Below are positions 1 to 12,656 of a stretch of DNA of 64,000 bases, in pieces (within the stretch, counting starts at the first letter, position 1; each line of letters opens with the position of its first letter). This DNA comes from Octopus vulgaris. Lineage: Eukaryota. The notes under the pieces were generated by a model. It made no database searches. It saw nothing but the letters and a program-made list of their open reading frames with translations, and was not told the origin of the DNA. The translations under genes and the position numbers were made by a program. The DNA is taken from contig OX597818.1 in the NCBI GenBank assembly GCA_951406725.2, forward strand, positions 46,314,001 to 46,378,000, written 5' to 3'.

Positions 1-849
1 ATTTTAGTGCGTTACGAAAAAGCCCTATTCGTGTGTCGCTAAGTCCCGGTGCGCGCATCCGCGCTAGGTAGTCGATGCTTCAACTAAGTAAATTTATTTT
101 TTATAAACAAACTAAAGATAGGGTTAGGGTTCAAATTTTTTTGTTCGAAAAATATTTAATTTGTAAAAATTATACATCGTTTTTAACAGAATTACTTCGA
201 AAAATGCTTAATTTTTCTGTTGTTCGCAAGTACGGGGCATAGTCTGGGCAGGGGTATATTCTAGGCTGGCTGTCTGGGTAGGGATATATTCTGGGCTGTT
301 ACATCGGCTCATGCGATTTTGTTTTCACCATACATTTACGAATTCCTATATTTTCGACATACTTATCGTCGGTTCATTCTTAATTTTACCGTTTATGTTT
401 ATATTAAGCATCGATAAGTAGGGCCCTAATCTTGTGTGTGTGTGTGTGTGTATAGAATTCATATAAAATAAGAGGTATTCATCATAGGGCTGCCTTACGT
501 TAGAAGGAACAGTTAAAGTTCAAACCAGTAATTTCGAAGGGAGTGAAAAACTATCTGATGTGACGTATGGCAGATTTTTCCAGGGACCAGTAATATTAAT
601 TTATACCAGAAACAATATATATATTGAATATAATAAAACTTGACAAGTTTTTTTATCTTGTATTTATTTTGTAAACAAATATTACATCATTACATAAGCA
701 TTTTATAATGTTTCTTTCTTTTTGGAAACTCGCCGCGGACCGGTGCTGGACCGTGGACCACCACTTTAAGTAGCAATGGAGTAAGCGACAAATATGGTAT
801 GGTAGTGGGATAGTAACATTAATTCAGAGATACATGCGTGTGTGTACTT

Positions 850-1255
850 TCAATCTCTTTCTGTCTCTCACTCCCTTTCACTTTGTCTCTCTCTCTCTCA
901 CACACTCACAAATTTCTAGACAAGTATTGGACATCGTTTAAACCGAAATTATCCGGAAATAACCGAAGTATTCCGTTTCTGCCATTTGTGAACAGTTCAT
1001 AAAGAAGTTATCGTCTGCTAAATTCTTAGTTCACTTTTCTTTTTGTCTCTGTCTGTTTCACTTTGTCTTTCTCCCTCTGTTAGTCTCTCTCTCTCTCTCT
1101 CTCTCTCATACACACACTCACAAACTTCTAGACAAGTATTGGACAACATTTAAACCGAAATTATCCGGAAATAACCGAAGTATTCCGTTTCTTCCATTTG
1201 TGAAAAGTTGATAAAGAAGTTATCGTCTGCTAAATACTTTGTTCACTTTTCTTTC
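850..1255 (+). repeat. Two tandem ~212-bp units upstream of the Helitron ORF (copy 1)
   Basis: ttctagacaagtattggac...aaaccgaaattatccggaaataaccgaagtattccg...atttgtg repeated at ~914 and ~1126. Confidence 0.85.
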
Positions 1256-2438
1256 CATGAAGACGACGTTTCAAGTCAACATTGAAGGTGAAGTAGCTTA
1301 TTAATTTCGTTTTTATTATTTACAAAATTATAATCACTCATTCATCTATTGCAAAGATTGAAAGATAGGTTTCTAAAGGGGATTTTGCTATCATTTAGAA
1401 TCTTATCCCTTTTGGGGTTGTAATTTTCCGTCACGTTCTCTTCACAAAACTATCTAAAGTCTGAACTGAAGATAAAGTCCCATACTGAATTCATTGAAAA
1501 ATATTCAACAATTACATTAATTTATTAATTCAGTCTTTTACTAAAGTCATGGGTGATGTTAACTGTATGTTCAGGGCTGTGTCTCTCTTGCTCAAAAACA
1601 ACAGGAATTACCAAATTCTTTGGGAAGACTCCGTACGATACATATGCAATAATTGGAAATAATTTCGTTCTTTTATTCCTAATAGTAAAATGCAGGAATA
1701 CCAAACGTACATGAGTAGGGATGGAACATACGGTGGTAATGCTGAATTAGCTGCCATTAGTGAATTGTACAATGTTGCAAGTATTCGAAAAGTTACAGAA
1801 AGGAAGGTTTTAGTATTATATAATGGCGAACTTGATAACGGCCACTACGATGCTCTCTTTCCCATTAACGATCATAAGCATGAAAGAAATGTAGAAGGAA
1901 ATGAAACATCACAAGACAGTGAAAAAGACAAAAGAATGAGAATTCAAACACTTAAAAAAATGAAGATCGTAAAAAAAAAAAACCATCGGAAAGTTAGGTT
2001 GCAAAAAATGACAGAATATGAGAGGAGGACAAGAGAAAAAGATAGGGAAATAAGATTGCAGAGAAAGAAGGGAAATTATAGAAATAAAAAAAATTACAAG
2101 AAAATAAAAAAGACGAAGAAATACGACTGCAGAAAAGGAGAGAAAAAGGTAGAATAAATAAACAACAAAACTGAAAATGACCAAAAAGGAGAAAGCTTTT
2201 CAGAGAAAATCAGCAGAAAAAGTATAGACTTTCAATTGGAAGGTGTAGCCTTGATCGTAATTTTGCATCTGAAAGAATTGTCTCTCTTGGCTCTATGTTC
2301 AAAACATGTGAAAAGTGTGGGACAAGGAATCATTAGGTAAGTGTTGTTCTAAATGTGAAGTCCATTTATCAATAAATGAGCCTCCAGAACTTATAAAACA
2401 TTTTCTTTTGGGCACCACTTCAGAATAAAGATATTCAA

Positions 2439-2591
2439 GGAGTGGCTGAGTGGTAAGTAGCTTGCTTACCAACAACATGGTTCTGGGTTCAGTCCCACTG
2501 TGTGGCACCTTGGGCAAGTGTCTTCTACTGTAGCCTCAGGCCAACCAAAGCCTAGTGAGTGGATTTGGTAGATGGAAACTGAAAGAAGCCC

Positions 2592-2633
<42 letters not shown>

Positions 2634-3982
2634 AGGGTTGGACAAAATAATGGAAACACCTTAAAATTTCAAACAAATTTATTTTAATATGGGGTAGGAC
2701 CGCACTTTGGCAGTAATTACAGCTTGAATTCTATGAGGTATGGACTCGTACAAAGTTTGAATTGTTTCCAAAGGAATTTTTGTCCATTCTTCAGCTAAAA
2801 TAGTCTCCAGTTCTTGTAGTGATGATGGTGAAGCATATTGACTCCTTACTTGTTTTTCTAAAATATTCAATAATATTGAGATCTGGGGACTGTGCTGGCC
2901 AGATAAGATGTTCAACTTGTGCCAGTTCTGCAACCAAAGGAAAATTTGATGAGATAAAATGCTTAAATAGTTTTGACTATTAATTCTGCCATGAAGGGAA
3001 ACCATTGTGCCCCAGATTATCACAGATACTCTTTTAACAGTTGGAAGAAGGCAATCTGGGTCAAATGATTCTTTTGGCTGTCTCCACACGTATACTCAGC
3101 CAGTGGTTGGAAATAAGGTAAAGGATGACTCATCTGAGAAAATAGCATTCTACAACAGCTCTTGGGACCAATTCTGTAGGTTTTTACCCCACTCTAAACG
3201 CTTTGCAACATTTGTTTTGAAAGTAGTGGTTTTCTGATTGCAGCCCTCCTGTGAAATCCTGCTTTGTGCAGCTCCCGGCGAACAACTTTTGTGGAAACTG
3301 GGTTCTGAAGATGGTCATTAAACTCTGTAGTAATTTTAGGAGCTGTACTTTTGTGATCCTTTCTAACAATTCGCATAAGAGTTCACCGTTCCCTATCTGA
3401 AAGTTTTAGTTTTCTTCTGGAGTTTTGTTTTGACGAGGAGGTTTTTTCCTCTTTCTCAAGGGTTGTCATTACTTTTGAGACAGTATTTTTTGATACACCA
3501 AACATTTTGGCTGTTTTTGTTACACTAGTGCCTGCCACACAAGCACCAACAATTTGACCTCTTTGAAAGTCCAATAGATCTGTCATTTTAATGAATTTTA
3601 ATTACCTTTTTCTGATGATATCTGAAAAGAAACAGCAATTTTAACAAAACATATTAAGCAACACTAATAATAAATCAAAAAAACATAAAAACAAGCTTTT
3701 GACAGTTTTATAAATATTTCAAAATTGTGATGCTATGATGCTAGGTGTTTCCCTTATTTTGTTCAACCCCTATATGTATATGTGCGCTTGTGTGCCTGTG
3801 TTTGTCCCCCACCATTGCTTGACCACTGATGCTTGTGTGTTTACATCCCCGTAAGTTAGCAGTTTGGCAAAAAAATCGATAGAATAAGTACTAGCTTACA
3901 AAGAATAAGATTTGTTCGACTAAAAGCAGTGCTCCTGCATGGCTGCAGTCAAATGACTGAAACAAGTAAAAGAATAAAAGAA
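2439..3982 (+). mobile_element. tRNA-headed SINE (family A) split by a Tc1 insertion in its (TA)n tract
   Basis: GGAGTGGCTGAGTGGTAAG (A box)...GGTTCAGTCCCACTG (B-box-like) head; the 3' half with gtaaaagaataaaag tail resumes at ~3775. Confidence 0.85.
2632..3772 (-). mobile_element. Tc1-like transposon, decayed and internally deleted
   Basis: 30-bp TIRs CAAGGGTTGGACAAAATAATGGAAACACCT / aggtgtttcccttattttgttcaaccccta flanked by TA; fragmented transposase ORFs 3383-3586, 3194-3376, 2679-3089. Confidence 0.9.
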
Positions 3983-4274
3983 ATACAATTATGCTTTTGA
4001 AATGACGTCATTTGGGGCAAAAATTACTAGGGAAAGTAAGTTTATGCCAACTTTTACAGTACAAGGAGAAATTTATCACAGAATTGGCTCTCTTAAGCCT
4101 TGACAGAATAAAGATCCACGATTTTTACCAATATATTTTATAGGTGACATTCAAAAGAAAGCACAGTGTTGCAACAAGAATTCTCCAGGTACAAAATTAG
4201 AACTTATTTTTAAGCTGCAAGAAATGTTTCATGCAAAGAATTCTTATGTGAGAAGTTTTCAGTATACTTTAGAA

Positions 4275-4510
4275 CAGGGGTTCCTAACCAGGGTCCACTG
4301 AAACTTTAAGGGGTAAAAAACTAATTTGTGGGTCCATATATAAATTTTGCTTACAAGGAGATGTATCTGTATATATTGAAATTTTCAAGATTTGTATTTG
4401 GAATTTATGTGAATACTATGAAATTGTTTCATTGTTAGTTTTTACTAACCTACATGTACATATATGGGGTCCACATATGATAAGATAGCTCATAGGGGAT
4501 CCACAAGCAA
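4275..4510. mobile_element. hAT/Charlie-like MITE fragment
   Basis: Starts CAGGGGTTCCTAACC with repeated ggggtccac motifs, like the other Charlie-type MITEs in this window. Confidence 0.45.
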
Positions 4511-5199
4511 AATAAAATATTTTCTTTTAAGGTTTCAAATTTAATGGTACTAAAAAAAAAAAAAGAAACAAAGAGAATTAAGACAAATAATTAGAAATAG
4601 GAAACGAAATACTTAAGTGTTTCTAGAGTGAAATGCCTAATTTCTTACATTTTGGCTGTTGCATGCTGATTGCCAATAACGGTGCCATCAACATCCTAAG
4701 GAACCAGTTATGCAAAGACAGCAATAATTGTGTTTGTAATATTGCAATCGCTGTATGTACATCTTTGGAGAAGAATGGGCGCTGCTTCATTTAGTCACTT
4801 GTTTAAAAAAAAAACACCATCAAAGTAATTTATCAAAACATTTGGAAAGAAAGTTTTAAACTTTATTTTAAATTTAAAATTGATTTTAGAAATTATTCAT
4901 AATTATAGTAATGAGAGATATTTCAGTTCTTGTCACTGACATAAAATACATTTTGCAAAAGAGAAAAAAAATACTTATTTGTTATTTGCAATGGAAGCAG
5001 TATTACTTCAAATTAGTGATTTATATATCATACTTAAAGTATATTTATTGCTGAAAGCTTTCTAAATTGTGATATTTATCTTGAGAAAATATTTCTTAGA
5101 CATATAGTGTCAATGAGCACTGAAATATAACAGCAGCAGGCAAAAGTTGCCTAGCTGTGGCATCACCTGCTGTTGGTATATTTTTTTTTCTTTTTGAGA

Positions 5200-6229
5200 C
5201 TATGACATGTTTATAAGAGATGGTAAGCAGAAGGAGCAAGGTCTGGGAAATAATGCAGTTGAACAATTTTCTCCCAGCTAAGTTCCTTGACCTTCAGTGA
5301 TGTGATCTTTGAAGTGTGGGGGTTTTGCTTTGTCCTAATGAAACAACACTCCCTCTCGGTTCACTAAAGCGGGACTTTTTTTCTTCAAAGCAGCATGCAA
5401 ACGCTCTAATTGCTGACAGTAGATTTGAGCATTGATTATTGCATTAGTTGGTAGCAACTCAAAGTGGATGCCTCCTTTGGAATCCTACCAAACAGAGAGA
5501 AGAGCCTTCTTCACATGGAGTTCCCATTCTGGTTGCGGTTGGGAACTTTTCCCCTTCACCAAGCCAATGTCTAGGACTCTTAATATTCTGGTTAGTGGAC
5601 CCATTTTTCATCACCGGTCACCTCTCTGTCCCACGAGAATGAAGAGAAGAGCTGAAGTCCACTCAGTATTTGCAGTTGGCTTCAGACACTTCATGAGGCA
5701 CCCATTTGTGTGTTTGGGGCCTTCCCAAGCTCTTGAAAATGGCGGTGAATAGTTGTATGATGTGAACAAAGCTTGCTTGCCAATTATTCAACTGAAACTG
5801 TGTGATCTTTTTCAAGTTCTCCCAAAATAAGCTAGTCATCAAACTCAATTGGATGTTCTGTTCTGGTCTCATCTTCATGCCTGAAATTTCCAAATCTAAA
5901 TTTTACAAAACATCTGCAAGTTCTTTTATTCATGAACTCTTGTCTATAAGCTGGGTGAATATTTTGAGTTGTTTCAATTGTAGAGTTCCCTTTTGTAAAT
6001 TCATAATGTATTATATGCCTCAAATGCTCCTTAGACTATTCCATGTTTAAAGAACTTTAATTAATGAAATTTCAATTAGGTTATCCTGAAAAATGTAATT
6101 TAATTAGTTGAAATATGTCCAAATACATATAAATGTTACTTGATGTCATTAGACATTCTAATATACTGTTAAAGCGTTTAGAAATTGACAATAAACAAGT
6201 CCAGACATTACTTATGGAATGACCTGATA
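5200..6229 (-). mobile_element. mariner (DD34D-type) transposon, pseudogenised
   Basis: Fragments MRHIIHYEFTKGNS, WVPHE, YCQQLERL, YFPDLAPSAYHL; TIR-like TATCAGGTCATTCCATAAGTAATG ending at ~6229. Confidence 0.82.
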
Positions 6230-6359
6230 ATTGCAGTCTGTTCCTCTAGATAGGGAAGAGACACTTGTAAATGCAAAAATTAGATAATTAATGAAAATAA
6301 CTGAAAATTGGTAATCTGGAAAGGGGTTTTTGAAATATCCTTCATTTGATGTAGTTATA

Positions 6360-6756
6360 AGTGTGGCTGTGTGGTAAGAAAATTCTTCCTAACCTCATGA
6401 TTTTCAGTTCAATTCCTCTGTGTGGCACCTTGGGCAAGTGACTTCTACTATAGTCCAACCAAAACCTTGTGAGTGGATGCGGTAGGCAGAAACTGAAAGA
6501 CATCCATCATATATATATGTATGCATGTATATATCTATGTGTGCATGTTTTTGTATTTGCCTCATCACTACCACTGAGAACAAATGTTGTTTTGTTTATG
6601 TCCCTCTAACTTAGCAGTCCTGTTAAGAGTGACTGATAGAGTAAAGACCAGGCTTAAAAATAAGTGCTGGCAATTGATTTATTCAAGAAAACCCACAGGG
6701 CAGTGCCACTGTATGGCAGCAGTCTGGTGACTGAAACAAGTATAAGAATAAAAGAA
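6360..6756 (+). mobile_element. SINE family A, full-length diverged copy
   Basis: Head gtgtggctgtgtggtaag, central TA/TG tract, tail tgactgaaacaagtataagaataaaag. Confidence 0.8.
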
Positions 6757-7059
6757 TATATACACATACACAAAAGAAAGAGAGTAGCATTCAACACATT
6801 TAGTTGGATTTACTTGTATTTAATAACAGCTTGACTCAGTCCCACATGCCTTTATTTCATGAGCACATTGAACACATGCCCAGAGACACTACTTCTGACA
6901 ATCTGAGATGAATGTATCCTACAAACCCTTGAAACTAAAATTGTGAGTAAATATATATATATATTTGTGTGTGTGTGTGTGTATGAACTGTAGATGGCAA
7001 TATCAGACACTTATCAATGATAACGTATAAATGTTTTAAATTTGTGAGAATAAAAGTTT

Positions 7060-7780
7060 GGATGGTGCATTTTACATGCCACCAGCACGGGAGCCAGTCA
7101 GAAGGCATTGGCATTGACCACGTTTGGATGATGCATTTTATGTGTTACCAGAGTGGGAGCCAGTTATGGGGCACTAGCCACAGCTACGACTTTGGTATTA
7201 CTTGACTGAACAGGTCTTCTCAATCATATCATTATCACCTGATGCATCAAGGGTACTTTTAAATGGGCTGGACATGTAACACTGGCATCGGCCATAGCTG
7301 TAATCTCACTTTAGTTGCCAGGTCTTCTCGATCACAGCATATCTCCAAAGGTCCCAGGTCTCCTGTCATTGCCTCAGTGAGGCCCAATATTCGAAGATCA
7401 TGCTTCACCACCTCATCCCATGTCTTCTTGGGTCTACCTCTTCCACAGTTAGGGTGTGGCACTTCCTCACACAGCTGTCCTCATCCATACATAGCATATG
7501 ACCATACCAACTTTTGACTCAGGGCACTCACACTCTGTTGTGTAGGTACACTGACATTACACATCCAGCGGATCATACTAGCTTCATTTCTTTCATGCCT
7601 ACACATGTCCTCAGAAGTTACAGCCCATGTTTCACTGCCATGTAGCATGGCAGTTCGCACACATGCATCATACCGTCTACTTTTCATTCTGAGCAAGAGG
7701 CCCCTAGTTGCCAGCAGAGGTAGGAGCTCCCTGAACTTTACCTAGGCTATTCTTATTCTAGCTGCTACACTCTCAGAGCA
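7060..7780 (-). mobile_element. RTE-clade LINE 3' fragment (RT C-terminus and 3' UTR)
   Basis: YDACVRTAMLHGSETWAV...EASMIRWMCNV and RGRPKKTWDEVVKHDL motifs in ORFs 7481-7696 and 7259-7462. Confidence 0.85.
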
Positions 7781-10462
7781 ACCAGAATATTTTCAACACA
7801 GTCTTTGTAAGAAAATATTTGCTGATGATGGTGCTGATGATAATTTTGCAGTAAATGCACTGCTTCACCATTGATACTTGGTAGTGAAAACTGATGAAAA
7901 AAGAAATTGTTTGAAGTTTAGAAAATTTTGTTCTGAACTGTGTCAATTGGGACATTTTGTTACATGAAAATGTCAGCTTTTGATCCTTGAAATCTTCTAA
8001 AAGATTTTGAAGACAGGAATATTGAATGTCATCACAATTGGGATCATTTTTACCTTCCAAAAGTGACAGTTGTTTTAATATCTCCAGAACTTGTTGAACT
8101 CTGTCAGTTCTAACGGATTTGTAACATTCATTTAACTGACTGACAGTTTAATGAATATATTAACCCTGATGCTTAAATCTCCCTTTAATTCAATTAGGTT
8201 CAAGCTTTCAGTCAATGTGATCAATCACTCTCACTGCGTTTCCTCTAACCTTATATGCTGCATAGTCTTCAAGCTTTGTGGAGATTAACTTTTGATACCA
8301 ACACACCAGAAACTGCCCTTATTCTAAGATACAAACTCTTTGTTTTAAAGTGATCTAAATTAAAACCTATCAATGAAACTCTATGGTAATGTATGTCCAA
8401 ATGTCATCTGTATAATAACAAAATTATATTAATAAACTCTGCATTTTTTAAAAAATGAACTAAAACAAAGATAGCATTTCAACAGAAATTTGATAACAAA
8501 AGTGTTAATACATAATATGTAAAGCAGGTTTTGTGAGCATTTGCTGGAAGTCCTTAAAAACATCCAAGAAGACCTCAAAACTTGTAGTTTAGCACTAACT
8601 TACTCAGTCACTCTGCTGATCACCTCTCAGATTGTGCTGTTCTCCAACACTTTCAGTAGAATGAGACTTGCAAATACACAGTGTCTGCAAGTCTCATTAT
8701 ACCCCTACAAAATACCTTCTTCAGCATGGTTACTTTGGCACCTTAGGTCTGAATTTACATCTCAGCTTCCTTTAATTCTGCCTTCTACTTTCAAACTCCT
8801 TCATCCTTAAAATACAAAAAAAGGGACAAAAATATGCTCTTGTTGTGAAATGTGTATTTATTTGAGCTGTGTTGCTTATGTTTGTCTGTATGTATATATA
8901 TATATGTGTGTGTGTCCATGTACAGTATGGTTAGCTATTTTGAATGCCATTGTATGCATGTACTTCACATATTGTACACACTGTGTGCAGCATGTAGTTG
9001 GATTTTGCTTATAATCTATTTTATTATATTGGCCCTCTAATTTCCCCACCTCCGCCACCCACATCCTGTCACAGATTACTATATATTTCTTTCCATCCCT
9101 ACTGACCTCCACTCTAGACACTATTAATTTTCTTTACAATTCTACTCACTCCTTACTGTCATAAATTATTTTATAGTTCTTGGACCCTCCTTATTAAACT
9201 CAGTTCTTTGCATGTTCCCTCTTCCATTCCTTTTCTCCTTCCTTAGTATTGTCCACCTCTTCTCTTTGTTATGAGTTCTTAATAGTATCTACCACCTCAT
9301 TTGATCTGGTCCTCACCACCTCCCTTATTTTTTAATATTTATTTCATCCCCCATAATTCACCTGGCTCATAACTCATAGCACCTGTCACCAGCTTTTCAC
9401 CCTCTCTTCCTACATTGCTGCTCATTCCTGACATCATACTATCATATTATTCCATTTTTCATTCGCAATTTTGTGACCAAAGCGATTACACTTTTATATA
9501 TTTTCTCTGCAGAAAGAAGGGCAAGTGTTTGAACTTAAACTCTTTTACTCCTCACAGTAAATTTACTCCTTGAACTCTTCTATGAAATCTAGGATTTAAT
9601 GCTTACCTATGCGGACAAATACTAATTTCCCTGGATTTCGTATTGTACCATGTATAAATGATTCTAAACTTTGTTTGCCATTTTTTCAAAGTATTAGTTC
9701 AGCTTGGTTTTGATATTTTTCTTGTTGAAATTTTAAAAATCTCGATACTTTTAGTGTGATTATTTTTAATTCATAGTATGTGTATATGATCAAAATATAC
9801 TTTAAATCCATCAGTGGAACAAACTGGAAAATTATCCAAATCATTGTAGAGCACTAATTTTCTTTTATCATAGTAATAATCATTATTATTGTTTGGTAAG
9901 CACTGTGTCTGTAGGGAAATTAGCCTATCATTCCTTTTATTCCTGATTCCTGGAAGTACTTCATTCACTAATACTTATTAATTAGAGAATTTCAAATTAT
10001 ACTTAAATCATCATTATAATTCTATGTATAATCAATGAATATCGAAAGAAAGATATTTAAATTCATGCTGAAAGCTCTTATCTTATTAAAATGAAAATTT
10101 AAAGCTAATCTGTCAGTGTTGCCACCTAAACTTGGTGCCAGTTAACTACAGCTGAAATAGCTGGTAAATAGTTATAGCTAGTCTTCAAAATTCTGACAAA
10201 TAGTTATAAGGATTAACTCTTCTTCTCCTTGGTTTTGTGTTTGCTAATATACTTGTTTACTACAGAATATAATCTATCGTTCCTTTAAATGAAGGGGTAA
10301 TTACAGGAATAATGGTATTCATTAGGGACACATATTTCCTGTTATTAAGTGCTAAAATATAAATAAACTTTCAAAAGTCTAGTTTCCTAGTTGTGATCTG
10401 CGCATTAATATAATGGCATGACTTTTACAGTGTTGTGGTTGTCAGATTTCCTGCTATCTTAA

Positions 10463-10679
10463 CACTTTCGTAACTATTTATTTTGAGAAGCTCTGTGTTC
10501 CTTTGAATTACTTTAAATATAACAAAGAATTTAGTAAAATAACTTAGTTATCATTCAGTTAGTGTTAGGAACATAAATTGTGACTAAATTTTGGTGGAAG
10601 ACTTTAATTCAAAATTTATGAAAACAAGACATTTGTACTCAGAGTCAGAGCCGGTTTCTGCCAGTTGATAATGAAAGGG
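10463..10679. mobile_element. piggyBac-like MITE with TTAA flanks (related copies near 8285-8508 and 41083-41545)
   Basis: ttaa|cactttcg...gaaaggg|ttaa; internal aagaatttagtaaaataa...ggaacataaatt shared with the 41.1-kb copy. Confidence 0.65.
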
Positions 10680-11050
10680 TTAAAGTCTCCACACACAAAT
10701 CCCTTCTAAAGCTTTGGATGTGTTTTTTTTTTCTTTGATATTGTTTGTATATTTTTGTCTCCTTTCTGTTTAGTTCTTTTGAAGCAGATGCTAACTTGAG
10801 AAACTGTACATGTGAACACTTTTCTCTTTTAATAGCCTAATCTTAAAGCAGTCTTTATAAGACGGTATCAATTCAGCCTGAGGATGATATCAGAGAGAAG
10901 TTGATGTGTGTATCTAACAGCATTGCATCTAGCAGTCTTTGGATAAAATAATCGACAAGGTTTTCTTTCCTTTGTTTTTATCAGTGTTAAGTGTAATACA
11001 CTAGTCCTGTCTGAATTACTTCTAATAAACAGCCGAAAAAATAATTTATA

Positions 11051-11119
11051 ATGTCTGCAGAAGAGAAGCCATCAGAACCGCCAGCATCCTCCATGGCAAA
11101 ACATCATCAGCTGACGACG
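11051..11119 (+). CDS. GDPD5: GDPD exon 1 (putative first coding exon): MSAEEKPSEPPASSMAKHHQLTT
   Basis: ATG at 11051, second in-frame ATG at 11093, donor ACG|gtaag at phase 0 matching the next exon, upstream polypyrimidine acceptor ending at 10984. No homology support, hence lower confidence. Confidence 0.55.
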
Positions 11120-11377
11120 GTAAGATGCCAATGAATATTTTGGATATTTGTAAACTTCTGTCTTTACTGAGATGTCATATTTTCCCCTTCTTACTCATGA
11201 ATGTTACTTTTTGGTAATATTTCAGTTTTTCTTTTTTATCTTTTTAGAAGCTTCCTTTTCTATTTTGCTATTTTTGTTTTGCTTTTCTTTTACTTTTTGT
11301 TCAGTTGTAACTTTCATTTTCTTTTATTTTTGTTGGGGTATAGTCTTGCATATTCTATAATTTTTCTTTTATAAACC

Positions 11378-11825
11378 CCAACGTCTGGCAACTGACTTGG
11401 CACATACCCATAAAATTATTAACCATCTTACAAACAATAACTCTGAGCACCTTTTCAAATTCCACCTGTCTAACACCTGTGGACATGTTTACAAAGTCAG
11501 AAAACAGCATAAACTCATGACTTTCAGAAACATTTTTTCACGCTAAGAGTTGCTGAAATATGGAACAAACTGCCGGCATCAGTTGTTAGTTGTCGGAGCA
11601 CTGCATCCTTCAAAACTTCCATGCTTCCTGAGATTCGCCAACACTACACCTGATTTTCTCCCCTCCATACACATGCAAGCATGTATCTGACTCATACACT
11701 GTTCACTTTTCAAACATTTGTACATTACTGCATATGCTTTATAAACAATTTTGACAAGTTGTAGTACACTTGAGCACTGTATACAATAATTTCATTATTA
11801 TAATTATTATTATTATTATTATTAA
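11378..11825 (+). mobile_element. CR1/L2-type LINE 3' end with (ATT)n tail
   Basis: Translates (with a frameshift) as RLATDLAHTHKII...HFFTLRVAEIWNKLPASVVSCRSTASFK. Confidence 0.75.
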
Positions 11826-12204
11826 ATATAAGCATCATTCAAATTTTAGTCCTTATTTTATCATCATGTAACACGAGTTTTGAAGTTTGTATAAGATCTT
11901 TATTCAGTATTTCAGTTAGGAGGCAATTAGTTTTAAACACCGTATTTTTTATAACAGTTTCATTTGTTAATGAAATTATGGAGTGAAGGTTTAAGCATAA
12001 TCAAAATTCTATTGAAATTCTAATTTTTCAATGTAATAAAATTTGTAAAATATGCATTTATAATAGCCATTGTTTTAATACTCGTTAATATTATACATAC
12101 ATAGAAAGATATATATATCTATAAAAACTTACTTGTTAATACAAATTTGGTGTGTGCTGTGTTCCATTGCATGATAAATGAAAAAATATATAAACAAGTG
12201 GCAT

Positions 12205-12360
12205 AACTTTATTTACATTATTTACATTTGATAGATATTTGTCCTCATCTTGTTTGTTGTTAACACAATGTTTTAACTGATACACCCTCCAGCCTTCATC
12301 AGGTGTCTTGGGGAAATTTTGAACCTAGGTTCTCATTCCTAAGGTATTTTTCGATGTTGT
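12205..12360 (-). repeat. Penelope-type terminal repeat fragment with a decayed minimal hammerhead ribozyme
   Basis: Minus strand GACAC-CTGATGA-AGGCTG..CAGTT-AAAA-CATT-GTGTT at 12262-12307. Confidence 0.5.
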
Positions 12361-12614
12361 TGTTGTTATTGTTGTTTTTCTTGTTTTGTTTTTGTCTTTT
12401 ATGTTGTGTCATGTAATTTTATGTAGCTTTACATTAGCCCTTGCAACCAATAAAAGAAATAATAATAATATTTATTATTACTTTCATAGTTATTATTGCA
12501 TTGTTTTTATACAAGCTGTTCCTAGTCACACACAGAGACAGCAAGTAACAGCTACTTGGACATCTTTCTGTAGGTATTATTTATGAGTGGCAATCATATA
12601 TTGTAGAGAAAGGA

Positions 12615-12656
<42 letters not shown>

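Larger units (their letters stand above)
850..4274 (+). mobile_element. Helitron 5' half, copy 1 (decayed): tandem 5' repeats, OTU cysteine protease, K/E/R-rich linker and RepHel N-terminus; interrupted by a SINE and Tc1 at 2439-3982
   Basis: MGDVNCMFRAV at 1549 (TAA at 1660), GTYGGNAELAAISELY...GHYDAL, then KTCEK..KCC and, after the insertion, FTVQGEIYHRIGSL..PRFLPIYFIGD, typical of Helitron RepHel. Confidence 0.82.

Noticed and set aside
1690-2157. 155-aa ORF as a stand-alone host OTU gene
   Set aside because: An upstream in-frame stop removes the catalytic Cys, and it is embedded in Helitron sequence duplicated at 62.4 kb
2439-2510. tRNA-like A/B-box sequences (also at 34223, 47635, 52380-52452 and others)
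   Set aside because: These are SINE heads attached to SINE bodies and tails, not complete cloverleaf tRNA genes
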